DNA from: Acidimicrobiia bacterium
GTDB lineage: Bacteria; Actinomycetota; Acidimicrobiia; Spongiisociales; JAENVV01
Reading direction: 5' to 3'
DNA: 38,477 nucleotides
NCBI GenBank assembly: GCA_041577335.1
Contig: JBFGJH010000027.1
Span: 1 to 38,477 of the forward strand
A program made the translations under genes and the position numbers. Below are positions 24,612 through 33,317 of this stretch, in pieces (positions within the stretch are counted from its first letter, which is position 1; every line of letters starts with the position of its first letter). Below the pieces are notes generated by a model. That model saw only the letters and a program-made list of their open reading frames with translations. It was not told the DNA's origin and did no database searches.

Positions 24612-24684
24612 CCCCCCCTACCCCCTGCCTGCTCTTCGAGCAGTCAGCGGTACCTTCCCCCCAAACTTGTTTGGGGGGACTATT
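24612..24684 (-). repeat. Palindromic REP-like element, copy 2 (inverted)
   Basis: Minus strand: AATAGT-CCCCCC-AAAC AA GTTT-GGGGGG-AAGGTACCGC-TGACTGCTC GAA GAGCAGGCA-GGGGGTAGGGGGGG. Confidence 0.85.
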
Positions 24685-24705
24685 ACCGAAGCGCGTGCGC
24701 GCCGC

Positions 24706-25545
24706 TTACACAGCGCCCGTGGCGATATATGTCTCGGGGCGGCGGTCGCGGAAGAATTGCCAGTAGTTGCGGGTCTCTTCGATCATCGACATGTCGAGTT
24801 CTCGCACGATCACCTCGTCGTCGGTGTCGGAGGCGGTCTCACCGATGATGCGGGCCCGGGGGTCCACGAAGTAGGACGATCCGTAGTAGTCGGTGTTCTC
24901 CGCCGGTTCCGGTCCCACCCGGTTGATCGCCCCCACGAAATACTCGTTGGCCACCGCCGCGGCCGGTTGTTCGAGCTGCCACAGGTACATCGAGTGTCCC
25001 CGTGTGGTTGCCGATGGGTTGAACACGATCTTGGCGCCGTTGAGACCGAGCTCGCGCCAGCCCTCGGGGAAGTGGCGGTCGTAGCAGATGTACACGCCGA
25101 CCCGGCCGACGGCAGTGCTGAAGACCGGATACCCGAGGTTGCCCGGCCGGAAGTAGAACTTCTCCCAGAATCCCTGGACCTGAGGTATGTGGATCTTTCG
25201 GTACTTGCCCAATAATGATCCGTCGGCATCGATCACCGCAGCGGTGTTGTAGTAGGTGCCTTCGTCGACCATTTCGAACATCGGCACTACCAGCACCATG
25301 CCTGTTTCCTTGGCCAATCCCTGCATCAGCTCGGTCGTCGGGCCAGGCATCTGCTCGGCGTAGGAGAAAAACGAGCGGTCCTGGGTCGTACAGAAATACG
25401 GCGATGAGAAGATCTCCTGGAAGCACAGGATCTGTGCGCCTTGGTCAGCCGCCTCGCGTGCGTAACCCACCTGTTTTTCGATCATCGTCTGCTGATCTCC
25501 GGTCCAAGCCGCCTGGACGAGGGCGGCGGTCACGGTGGTGGACAT
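24706..25545 (-). CDS. Nitrilase-superfamily hydrolase, beta-ureidopropionase-like
   Basis: Glu-Lys-Cys triad: FQEIF, YRKIHIP, ICYDRHFPEG; FWEKFYFRPGN. Confidence 0.88.
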   Translation of the reverse strand: MSTTVTAALVQAAWTGDQQTMIEKQVGYAREAADQGAQILCFQEIFSSPYFCTTQDRSFFSYAEQMPGPTTELMQGLAKETGMVLVVPMFEMVDEGTYYNTAAVIDADGSLLGKYRKIHIPQVQGFWEKFYFRPGNLGYPVFSTAVGRVGVYICYDRHFPEGWRELGLNGAKIVFNPSATTRGHSMYLWQLEQPAAAVANEYFVGAINRVGPEPAENTDYYGSSYFVDPRARIIGETASDTDDEVIVRELDMSMIEETRNYWQFFRDRRPETYIATGAV

Positions 25546-25582
25546 GTTGCTCCTTTTGCGACGATTCGTCTCGGTCGGCTGG

Positions 25583-25616
25583 TTGACAGAATGTTAACCG
25601 CTTTGCAAAATGTAAA
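25583..25616. promoter_or_regulatory. Overlapping divergent promoters built from two 15-bp pseudo-palindromes
   Basis: TTGACA-GAA-TGTTAA and TTTGCA-AAA-TGTAAA; + strand TTGACA-N17-CAAAAT, - strand TTTACA-N17-CATTCT. Confidence 0.6.
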
Positions 25617-25749
25617 AGACCGGGAACCCGCTGCCCGTGCACCAACCTGTCCCAATTTAGCGCCCAGCCCGGGCCGGGAGCCCCCGCCGACCGCGTAGAG
25701 TTCACGGCAGCCGACGATCGAAGACAGAGGTTTGCAAGGTGATCGAGCA

Positions 25750-26685
25750 GTGAGCCGCATCCTGACATTGGCAGCGGGCCAGATGGGCCCAGTCCAGCGT
25801 GATCACACCCGTGACGACGTGGTTGAGCGCCTGATTCTGCTGATGCGCGACGCGGCTGCCCGTGGAGCCGACATTGTCGCCTTTCCTGAGTTGGCGCTGA
25901 CGACGTTCTTCCCGAGATGGCATATGGCGCTTCCCGATTCCAACCATTTTTACGAGCGAGAGATGCCCAACCGATACACAAAACCGCTGTGGGACGAGGC
26001 GGTCCGCCTCCAGGTTGGGTTCGCGATCGGCTACGCGCTGCTCCAAGATGACGGTCACCACTACAACGTGTACCACCTGGTCAACAAGGAGGGCCGCTCC
26101 GTCGGAGTCTTCCGCAAGGTGCACATCCCCGGGCATCAAAACAACGAAGTGTGGCGTTCGTTTCAGCACGCCGAACGGCATTACTTCGAGCCGGGTGACG
26201 ACTTTCCGGTGTGGCGGGCCTTCGACGGCCTCGTCGGCATGGCTCTCTGTAACGACCGGCGCTGGCCGGAGACCTATCGGGTGATGGCGCTGCAAGGAGT
26301 GGAAGTCGTCCTCATCGGCTACAACACCCCGCTGAACTACCTGCCCGACCCCACCCAAAACTCGCTGCAGGCCTTCCACAACCACCTCGTTATGCAGGCG
26401 GGCGCCTACCAAAACGGGACCTTTGTGGTCGGTGCGGCCAAGGGTGGCGTCGAGGAAGGTGTCGAATCCCTGGCCCAGTCGGTGATCATCGCCCCGTCGG
26501 GCCAGATCATCACCCAGGCCGTCACAACCGGCGACGAGGTGATCGTCGCTCAGGTAGACCTCGACATGACGGACCTCTACAAGAAGACCCTTTTCGATTT
26601 CGACACATTCCGAATCCCACAGGCCTATTGGCGGATTGCTGAGCAGCGAGGCGTCATCCCGCCACCCCACGAGGAGACTTCATGA
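25750..26685 (+). CDS. N-carbamoyl-D-amino acid amidohydrolase (D-carbamoylase)
   Basis: FPELALTTFFPRW, RKVHIPGH, CNDRRWPE, GYNTP, MQAGAYQNG. Confidence 0.9.
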   Translation: MSRILTLAAGQMGPVQRDHTRDDVVERLILLMRDAAARGADIVAFPELALTTFFPRWHMALPDSNHFYEREMPNRYTKPLWDEAVRLQVGFAIGYALLQDDGHHYNVYHLVNKEGRSVGVFRKVHIPGHQNNEVWRSFQHAERHYFEPGDDFPVWRAFDGLVGMALCNDRRWPETYRVMALQGVEVVLIGYNTPLNYLPDPTQNSLQAFHNHLVMQAGAYQNGTFVVGAAKGGVEEGVESLAQSVIIAPSGQIITQAVTTGDEVIVAQVDLDMTDLYKKTLFDFDTFRIPQAYWRIAEQRGVIPPPHEETS

Positions 26686-29273
26686 CCATTGCCCCTGACC
26701 GGACCATCGCCTTCACCGTGAACGGCGCCGCTGCAACGGCTGCCGCCGATCATCCTCACCTGCTTTCTGCACTTCGTGAAGAGCTCGACATCACATCGGC
26801 GAAAGATGGCTGTTCTCCGCAGGGCCAATGCGGTTGCTGCACGGTGCTGATGGACGGAAAAGCAATCCAGGCCTGCCTCGTATCGATGGACAAGGCAGAC
26901 GGAAAGAACATCGTGACGCTGGAGGGGTTCGACCAGGAGGAACGCGATCGCTACGCCAAGGCATTCGCAGCCAAGGGCGCGTTGCAGTGTGGCTTCTGCA
27001 CGCCGGGCATCGTCGTCAGGGCGAAGGCACTGGTCGACCAGAAGGGCACAGACCTCGATCGGCGGACCATCGAAGGTCGCCTGGGTGCTCATCTGTGCCG
27101 ATGTACGGGTTATGCCAGCATCATCGACGCCATCGAACTGCTCGCCTCCGGCGACGAGATCCCTGAGCCTGCCATGGAGGGAGGAGTCGGAGCATCCGGC
27201 ATGAAGTATGAGTCCGCCGAGCTAGCTCTGGGAGATCGCGGCTACATCGACGACATCCGCATCGAGAACCTGGCGCACGCCGCCCTCAGATTGGCAGACC
27301 ATGCGCGCGCCGACGTCCTGTCGATCGACACGACCGCCGCCGAGGCGCTGCCTGGCGTTGTGGGCGTGTTCACGGCCGCCGATGTGCCGGGTGAGCTCCG
27401 GGTTGGGCTCATTTACAAGGATTGGCCCGTCTTCATTCCCGTCGGGGGGCGAACTTCCTACCTCGGCGACGTGATGGCCATCGTCGTAGCCGAAGACCTC
27501 AAGACTGCCCGGGAGGCCGCCGACCTGGTCGAGGTTCGCTACACAGTCCACCAGCCGTTCACCGACGCCATGACCGCGCTGGCCTCTCCGGACGACGCCG
27601 TTTGGGGACTCGACGGCAATGTTCTGTCGATTTCGAAATACGCCCGGGGCGACTTCGCCGAGGCGTATGCCGCCGCGGCGCACACCGTGCATGAAGTCTT
27701 CGAGACTCAGCGGGTCGAACATGCCTTCTTGGAACCCGAATCCACGCTGGTGGTACCCGATGGCGATGAGCTACACATGTACTCGGGAGGCCAAGGAGTG
27801 TGGGACGACCGCGATCAGACGGCCTCCGTGCTCGGTGTCGAGGCATCCACCATCACCGCAGAGCTCGTGTCCAACGGCGGCGCCTTCGGCGGTAAGGAAG
27901 ACATGTCGAACCAGGCACAAACGGCGCTGGCCGCCAAGCTGACCGGCCGTCCCGTGCGTTGCACGCTGACGCGCGAGCAGAGTTTCTTCATACATGCCAA
28001 GCGCCATCCGATTCACATCGAATCGTGGGCGGGCTGCGACCCCGAAGGCACCGTCACCGCCCTGAAGGTGCGGATGGTTGGGGACTCAGGACCGTACGCC
28101 TCGGTCGGGATGAAGGTCCTCGAGCGAGCCGCCGGCCACGCCAGCGGGCCATACGTGGTGCCCAACATCGACGTCGAGGCGACGGCCGTTCGCACCAACA
28201 ACTCTGTGTGTGGTGCATTCCGCGGCTTCGGCGCCAACCAAGCCCAGTTCGCGATGGAAGGCGTGATGGATCGACTCGCCGAAAAGGTCGGTATCTCCGG
28301 GTGGGAGATCCGCAGCCGCAACGTCATCGAGCCCGGGATGGTGTGGGGGCCCGGCCAGATCATGGACGACGGTTCGGCGGGCGCCCGCCAATGCCTGGAA
28401 GCGATCAAGCCTGCCTATCACGAAGCGAAGGCGGCGGGCAAGGCGGTTGGCCTCGGCCTGGCGCTGAAGAACTCGGGTCTCGGCAATGGTTTTCTCGAGA
28501 TCGCCAGAGCCGTCGTTCACCATCGCGAGGACGGAATCGTCGAGGTACGCCACTGCTGGACCGAAATGGGCCAAGGCGTGCACACCGTGGCGATGCAGGT
28601 GGCATCTCAGGAGCTCGACATCCCTCCCGACCGGATCCGCGTGGTCGTCGATACCAGCCGCGAGCTCGGCGCAGGTCAGACCACCGGCTCGCGAGGCACG
28701 CTGATGGCGGCGGGGTCGGTGCAGGCGGCCTGTCACGCTGCCGTTGCCGGCGGATGTCAGGTGGGCGTCGACTACCCGGGAGAATATCGCGTGGACTGGA
28801 CCAACAAGCTCGGCGACGACGTCGAGAACCCCGTCCTGCACTCAGCGTTCGGTTATGCCGCACAAGTTGTGATCGCCAACCCCGAAACCGGCGATATCGA
28901 AAAGGTGGTCGCTGCCCACGACGTCGGGAAGGCAGTGAACCCGCTTCTCTGCCGCGGCCAGATCGAAGGGTCGATCCACATGGGTCTCGGGTATGCCCTC
29001 ACCGAGGACTTTCCGACCGATGAGACCGGCCACCCCACCAACATGACGCTCCGTAGCCTCGGCATCCTTCGTCCCAAGGACATCCCGGAGATGGAGGTCA
29101 TCCTGGTGGAGGCCCCCCAGCCCAAGTCGCCCTACGGCATCAAGGGTGTGGGCGAGATCGGCCTCGTGCCGACGGCCGGAGCAGTGGCGGCCGCCCTGCA
29201 CGAGGTGGACGGCAAGTGGCGGAGCCGGCTGCCGCTGCTCGCTCATGAGCCACTGGAAGTAGCGGGAGGGTGA
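26682..29273 (+). CDS. Xanthine dehydrogenase-family molybdoenzyme with fused 2x[2Fe-2S] domain (resembles the selenium-dependent XDH type)
   Basis: GCSPQGQCGCC, QCGFCTPG, LCRCTGY; GGAFGGKE, VLERAAGH, AFRGFG, EMGQG, KGVGE. Confidence 0.9.
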   Translation: MTIAPDRTIAFTVNGAAATAAADHPHLLSALREELDITSAKDGCSPQGQCGCCTVLMDGKAIQACLVSMDKADGKNIVTLEGFDQEERDRYAKAFAAKGALQCGFCTPGIVVRAKALVDQKGTDLDRRTIEGRLGAHLCRCTGYASIIDAIELLASGDEIPEPAMEGGVGASGMKYESAELALGDRGYIDDIRIENLAHAALRLADHARADVLSIDTTAAEALPGVVGVFTAADVPGELRVGLIYKDWPVFIPVGGRTSYLGDVMAIVVAEDLKTAREAADLVEVRYTVHQPFTDAMTALASPDDAVWGLDGNVLSISKYARGDFAEAYAAAAHTVHEVFETQRVEHAFLEPESTLVVPDGDELHMYSGGQGVWDDRDQTASVLGVEASTITAELVSNGGAFGGKEDMSNQAQTALAAKLTGRPVRCTLTREQSFFIHAKRHPIHIESWAGCDPEGTVTALKVRMVGDSGPYASVGMKVLERAAGHASGPYVVPNIDVEATAVRTNNSVCGAFRGFGANQAQFAMEGVMDRLAEKVGISGWEIRSRNVIEPGMVWGPGQIMDDGSAGARQCLEAIKPAYHEAKAAGKAVGLGLALKNSGLGNGFLEIARAVVHHREDGIVEVRHCWTEMGQGVHTVAMQVASQELDIPPDRIRVVVDTSRELGAGQTTGSRGTLMAAGSVQAACHAAVAGGCQVGVDYPGEYRVDWTNKLGDDVENPVLHSAFGYAAQVVIANPETGDIEKVVAAHDVGKAVNPLLCRGQIEGSIHMGLGYALTEDFPTDETGHPTNMTLRSLGILRPKDIPEMEVILVEAPQPKSPYGIKGVGEIGLVPTAGAVAAALHEVDGKWRSRLPLLAHEPLEVAGG

Positions 29274-30292
29274 TGAACACCACTCCTGGTCTCGTCTGCG
29301 CTCATCACCATCTCTACTCGACTTTGGCGCGGGGGATGCCGCCTCCGCCCAAGACGCCGACGACGTTTCAGGAAATCCTCGAACAGATCTGGTGGCGTCT
29401 CGACGCGGCCCTCGACCTGGAGATGTTGGAGTGGTCCGCCAAGCTCGGGGCGCTCGAGGCGCTCGAAGCCGGCACCACTGCCATCGTCGACCACCATGAG
29501 TCTCCCAATGCGATCGAAGGCAGCTTGTCCGTGATCGCCGACGCTTGCGCCGAGGTGGGTGTGCGGGTGAAGACCGCATATGGAGTCACCGACCGGCACG
29601 GGCCAGAAGGAGCCAGTCGTGGCATCGCCGAGAATGCCCGATTCCTCGCCGCCGGCGGAGACGGACTGGTCGGTATCCACGCTTCCTTCACTTGCGAGCA
29701 GAGCACCCTCGATGAGGCCGCCGCACTGGCTGCGGACCGAGGTGTCGGCGTCCACATTCACGTCTGCGAAGGACCGGAGGACGGCGACGCCCCGACCAAG
29801 CTGGCCGGCCTGACCACCGACCAGTGGCTGCTGGCCCACTGCGTGCACTTGCCAACCGATCATCAGCTCCGCGGGACGATCCTGCACAACCCGCGATCGA
29901 ATCTGAATAACGGTGTCGGATACGCCGATCCACAACGATTCAGCAATCCGGTGGCGTTGGGAACCGACGGCATCGGCGCCAACATGATCGAGTCTTTCCG
30001 TCTCGCCTACGTGCTGCAACGCGACCGGGATGTCACGGCTTCACCGGACGCGGCGTGGGCTTGGATGGAGCAAGGCTGGGAGCTCATGCCAGGTGCCAAG
30101 AACGACGTCGTCACCTGGTCCTACGACCCCATGGACCCGTGGCACCTGGCGTTCACTCCTGGTGTCCGGCCGCTTCGAATCGAAATCGACGGCGAGCTCG
30201 TGTTGGACAATGGGCAGGCCACCAAGGTGGATGCCGGCGAGATCAGAGCCAAGGCGCGCGAACAAGCGACGCGACTTCACGCCCGACTGTAG
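29273..30292 (+). CDS. SsnA-like amidohydrolase, shortened
   Basis: PGLVCAHHHLYSTLARG, IWWRLDAALD, DHHESP, HASFT, HIHVCE, HNPRSNLNNGVG, LGTDGIG. Confidence 0.85.
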   Translation: MNTTPGLVCAHHHLYSTLARGMPPPPKTPTTFQEILEQIWWRLDAALDLEMLEWSAKLGALEALEAGTTAIVDHHESPNAIEGSLSVIADACAEVGVRVKTAYGVTDRHGPEGASRGIAENARFLAAGGDGLVGIHASFTCEQSTLDEAAALAADRGVGVHIHVCEGPEDGDAPTKLAGLTTDQWLLAHCVHLPTDHQLRGTILHNPRSNLNNGVGYADPQRFSNPVALGTDGIGANMIESFRLAYVLQRDRDVTASPDAAWAWMEQGWELMPGAKNDVVTWSYDPMDPWHLAFTPGVRPLRIEIDGELVLDNGQATKVDAGEIRAKAREQATRLHARL

Positions 30293-30303
30293 GAGGAGAG
30301 ACA

Positions 30304-32079
30304 ATGACAGACCAGGCGCCACCACTGACTCCCTTCTCCCTCGACGTCCTCCTCAAGCGCATCGACCATGAATGGCATAGCCGCAAGCGGATCTTCGACC
30401 TCCCCACGGCTCGCTTCTGGTCGCCCGACCCGGCTGTCGATCTGTCCTTCGAGTTCCTGGGTCGCAAAGCAGCGACGCCGCTCGGTCCAGCCGCCGGGCC
30501 GCACAGCCAGCTCACCCAAAACGTGGTGCTGGCCTGGCTGGCCGGAGCTCGGCTGTTCGAGCTGAAGACTGTGCAGATCCTCGATGATCTCGACATTGCT
30601 CGGCCGTGCATCGACATGGAGACGATTGGCTACAACATCGAATGGAGCCAAGAGCTGAAGATCGCCGAGTCGCTCGAGGAATACGTCAAAGCGTGGATGG
30701 TCATTCACATGCTCGAGAAGTGGGAGCCGTTGCGCCCGCACATCGGGCGCGATCCCGGGCCGTATGTGTTCGACATGTCGGTGGGCTACGACCTGGCCGG
30801 CATCTCCTCGCCGAAGGTGGCGGGTTTCCTCCACGCGATGCTCGACGCCACCGACGAGATCGAGCGCCTCCGCCCTTTGATACCCGAGCCGTTCGCTCAG
30901 TTTCGCGAGATGGTGTTTCCGACTCGGCTGGCCGACACCATCACCCTGTCGACGTTCCATGGCTGCCCGCCCGACGAGATCGAAGGCATCACGAAGCACC
31001 TGATGGAGGAATACGACATCGACGTGATCGTGAAGCTGAATCCGACATTGCTGGGCTTCGGGCGGGTTTCCGAGATCATCCACGCCCAGCTCGGCTACGA
31101 CAGCGTCAAACTCAACCCGGAAGCATTCGTCGAGGACCTCCAGTTCGATCGGGGTGTCGAGCTGATCCAAGAGCTCCGCGACTTTGCCAAGGCGCGGGGC
31201 CGACGGTTCGGGATCAAGCTCACCAACACGCTGGTCGTCGAGAACACGAAGGGCTTCCTGCCTGACGATCCCATGTATCTGTCCGGAGCGCCCCTCCACG
31301 TCCTGGCGACGACGCTGCTCGACGAGCTCATCAATGCGATGCCTGGTGTGCTCATGGTCGAGGGCCACGACGGTGACGTGCAGGTCAGCTTCTCGGCCGG
31401 GATAACCAAAGACAACGTCTCACAAGCGATCGGCATGGGCGTGGCTCCCGCCACCATATGCTCGGACCTTCTCAAGCCGGGTGGCTACGGCAGGCTGGCG
31501 CCGATGCTCAAACGCCTGGCAGACGACATGCGGGCCGCCGAATGCTTCTCCATCAAATCGTGGCACCATCACCAATGGGAGGTCGCCAAGGCCGCGGGTC
31601 ACCGCGGGCCGGTGGAGCATCACATGCGCGACATGCTCACCGGACCCCTCAACGCCGCATACCGGCTCGAGGCGAACAGCAAGCTACCCCGGGCAGTGGA
31701 TCACAATCTGGAGATGTGGGGGTGCGTTGCTTGCAACTTCTGTGTGACGGTGTGCCCCAACGACGCCTTCTTCAAAGTGCCCACTCCGTCCGGCATGGAT
31801 GTCTCGGGTCGTCAGCAGTATTTCGTGCTCGCCGAGGCTTGCAACGAATGTGGCAACTGCATGGTGTTCTGCCCCGAGACGGGTGATCCTGCCCAGATCA
31901 AGCCGAAGATCTACACCGACCCGAGTCGATTCGAGGCGAACCGAGGTCAGGGATTCCTGGTCGCCCCATCGAATGGTGGCTTCACCATCACGGCCGCCGA
32001 AGGCTTCGAAAAAGAGGTCGGCAACTTGGCGCAACTCCTCCATTCCGAAGAAGGGCTCCCCCTCAAGCTCGGCCGATGA
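30304..32079 (+). CDS. YgfK-like flavin/Fe-S oxidoreductase lacking the central NAD(P)H/FAD module
   Basis: GPAAGPHSQLTQN, ELKTVQ, RPCID, YNIEWS, HGCPPDEIE, KLNPTLLG, KLTNT, MYLSG, LLKPGGY, then directly CVACNFCVTVCP and CNECGNCMVFCP; AGGAG RBS. Confidence 0.88.
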   Translation: MTDQAPPLTPFSLDVLLKRIDHEWHSRKRIFDLPTARFWSPDPAVDLSFEFLGRKAATPLGPAAGPHSQLTQNVVLAWLAGARLFELKTVQILDDLDIARPCIDMETIGYNIEWSQELKIAESLEEYVKAWMVIHMLEKWEPLRPHIGRDPGPYVFDMSVGYDLAGISSPKVAGFLHAMLDATDEIERLRPLIPEPFAQFREMVFPTRLADTITLSTFHGCPPDEIEGITKHLMEEYDIDVIVKLNPTLLGFGRVSEIIHAQLGYDSVKLNPEAFVEDLQFDRGVELIQELRDFAKARGRRFGIKLTNTLVVENTKGFLPDDPMYLSGAPLHVLATTLLDELINAMPGVLMVEGHDGDVQVSFSAGITKDNVSQAIGMGVAPATICSDLLKPGGYGRLAPMLKRLADDMRAAECFSIKSWHHHQWEVAKAAGHRGPVEHHMRDMLTGPLNAAYRLEANSKLPRAVDHNLEMWGCVACNFCVTVCPNDAFFKVPTPSGMDVSGRQQYFVLAEACNECGNCMVFCPETGDPAQIKPKIYTDPSRFEANRGQGFLVAPSNGGFTITAAEGFEKEVGNLAQLLHSEEGLPLKLGR

Positions 32080-32201
32080 AGTCAGAAATCTGCAGACTGG
32101 ATCAGCAGGAGCATCGGGTGCGGAGTAGCGTCTGGTCGATCACCACTGGCCGCTAGGTTCAGCGCGAGCGGGCGCGCAACCGACCGGAAGAAGGGGAACA
32201 T

Positions 32202-33317
32202 GTGAGGCGTGTCGTGCTCGCCAAGACGGCGATTCCGATCGCAGCAGTCATCGGTGCGCTCGTCGTTGGCCTGCTTGCGATTGCGGCGCTCGGCGCCGAC
32301 CCTGTCCGTGCACTCGAAGCGCTCGTCCAAGGCTCGCTCGGGAGCCGCGATGCCCTCATCGAAACCGTTCTCAAAGCAACCCCGTTGCTCCTGGTGGGAG
32401 CAGGCATCACCGTGGCCTTCCGCACCAGCGTCATCAATATCGGTGGCGAAGGGCAAATGGTCGCCGGAGGTCTCCTGTCCACCTCGACGGCACTGGTGGT
32501 GCCCGATCTTCCCGCCTGGATCCTTCTTCCGCTCGTTCTCGCCATGGGTCTGGTCGGCGGTGCTGTCTGGGGCGGGCTGGCCGGATACCTCAAAGCGTTC
32601 TGGGGGGTCAACGAGATCCTCTCAACCATCATGCTCAACATCGTCGCCGTGCAGCTCATGAACTACCTGTTGCGTGGCCCGCTGATCGACCCCGGTGAGA
32701 TTGAAAGAGGAACCCGAATCCCGCAAACCAAGCGACTGCCCGAGGCAGCCGACCTGCCGCTGCTGTTCGGTGATGATCGCCTCCATTCCGGTCCGCTGAT
32801 CGCGGTGGCTGCCGCCATCTTCGCCTACATCCTGCTCTGGCGAACGACCTTTGGCCTGCGCCTCCGGGCAGTGGGCCTCAGCCAGGAGTCGGCCAAGTAC
32901 GCCGGCGTCAATGTGCGATGGTCGATCACATCCGCATTGGCGATCAGCGGCGCGCTGGCCGGCCTGGCAGGCGCCGTACTCGTCTTCGGGGCGGAGAGCC
33001 ACCGCATGGTGACGGATGGATCGACGGCTGGATTCACCGGCAACGCCGGCTTCAACGGCATCGTGGCGGCACTCTTCGGAGGCCTGCATCCCCTCTGGAC
33101 CATTCCGGCCTCTTTCCTTTTCGGAGCTCTCCTGGTCGGCGGCAACTCCTTGCAGCGAGCGGTACAGGTTCCATCGGCGCTCATCTTGGCTCTCAATGGG
33201 CTCGTGGTGCTGACGGTCGTCTCCACGGACCTGGTCCGGCGCCGGCTGGCGGCTGGGACCGATGATGCGCACGAGGCCGCCGAGCTGGTCTCAGCCCAAG
33301 CGGAGGACACCTCGTGA
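32202..33317 (+). CDS. Nucleoside/purine ABC transporter permease
   Basis: NIGGEGQ, NEILSTIMLN, GFNGIVAALFG; multiple TM segments. Confidence 0.9.
   Translation: MRRVVLAKTAIPIAAVIGALVVGLLAIAALGADPVRALEALVQGSLGSRDALIETVLKATPLLLVGAGITVAFRTSVINIGGEGQMVAGGLLSTSTALVVPDLPAWILLPLVLAMGLVGGAVWGGLAGYLKAFWGVNEILSTIMLNIVAVQLMNYLLRGPLIDPGEIERGTRIPQTKRLPEAADLPLLFGDDRLHSGPLIAVAAAIFAYILLWRTTFGLRLRAVGLSQESAKYAGVNVRWSITSALAISGALAGLAGAVLVFGAESHRMVTDGSTAGFTGNAGFNGIVAALFGGLHPLWTIPASFLFGALLVGGNSLQRAVQVPSALILALNGLVVLTVVSTDLVRRRLAAGTDDAHEAAELVSAQAEDTS

Noticed and set aside
24481..24684. CRISPR array or IS/MITE
   Set aside because: Only two inverted copies here and one distant solo copy; no regular spacers, cas genes, transposase or evident target duplication
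30055..30303. N-terminal extension of the YgfK-like ORF
   Set aside because: Overlaps the SsnA-like gene; RBS and homology begin at ATG 30304
30304..32079. Selenate reductase or selenoprotein call
   Set aside because: Selenate reductase is a legacy label for YgfK; no in-frame TGA in this or neighbouring ORFs needs readthrough
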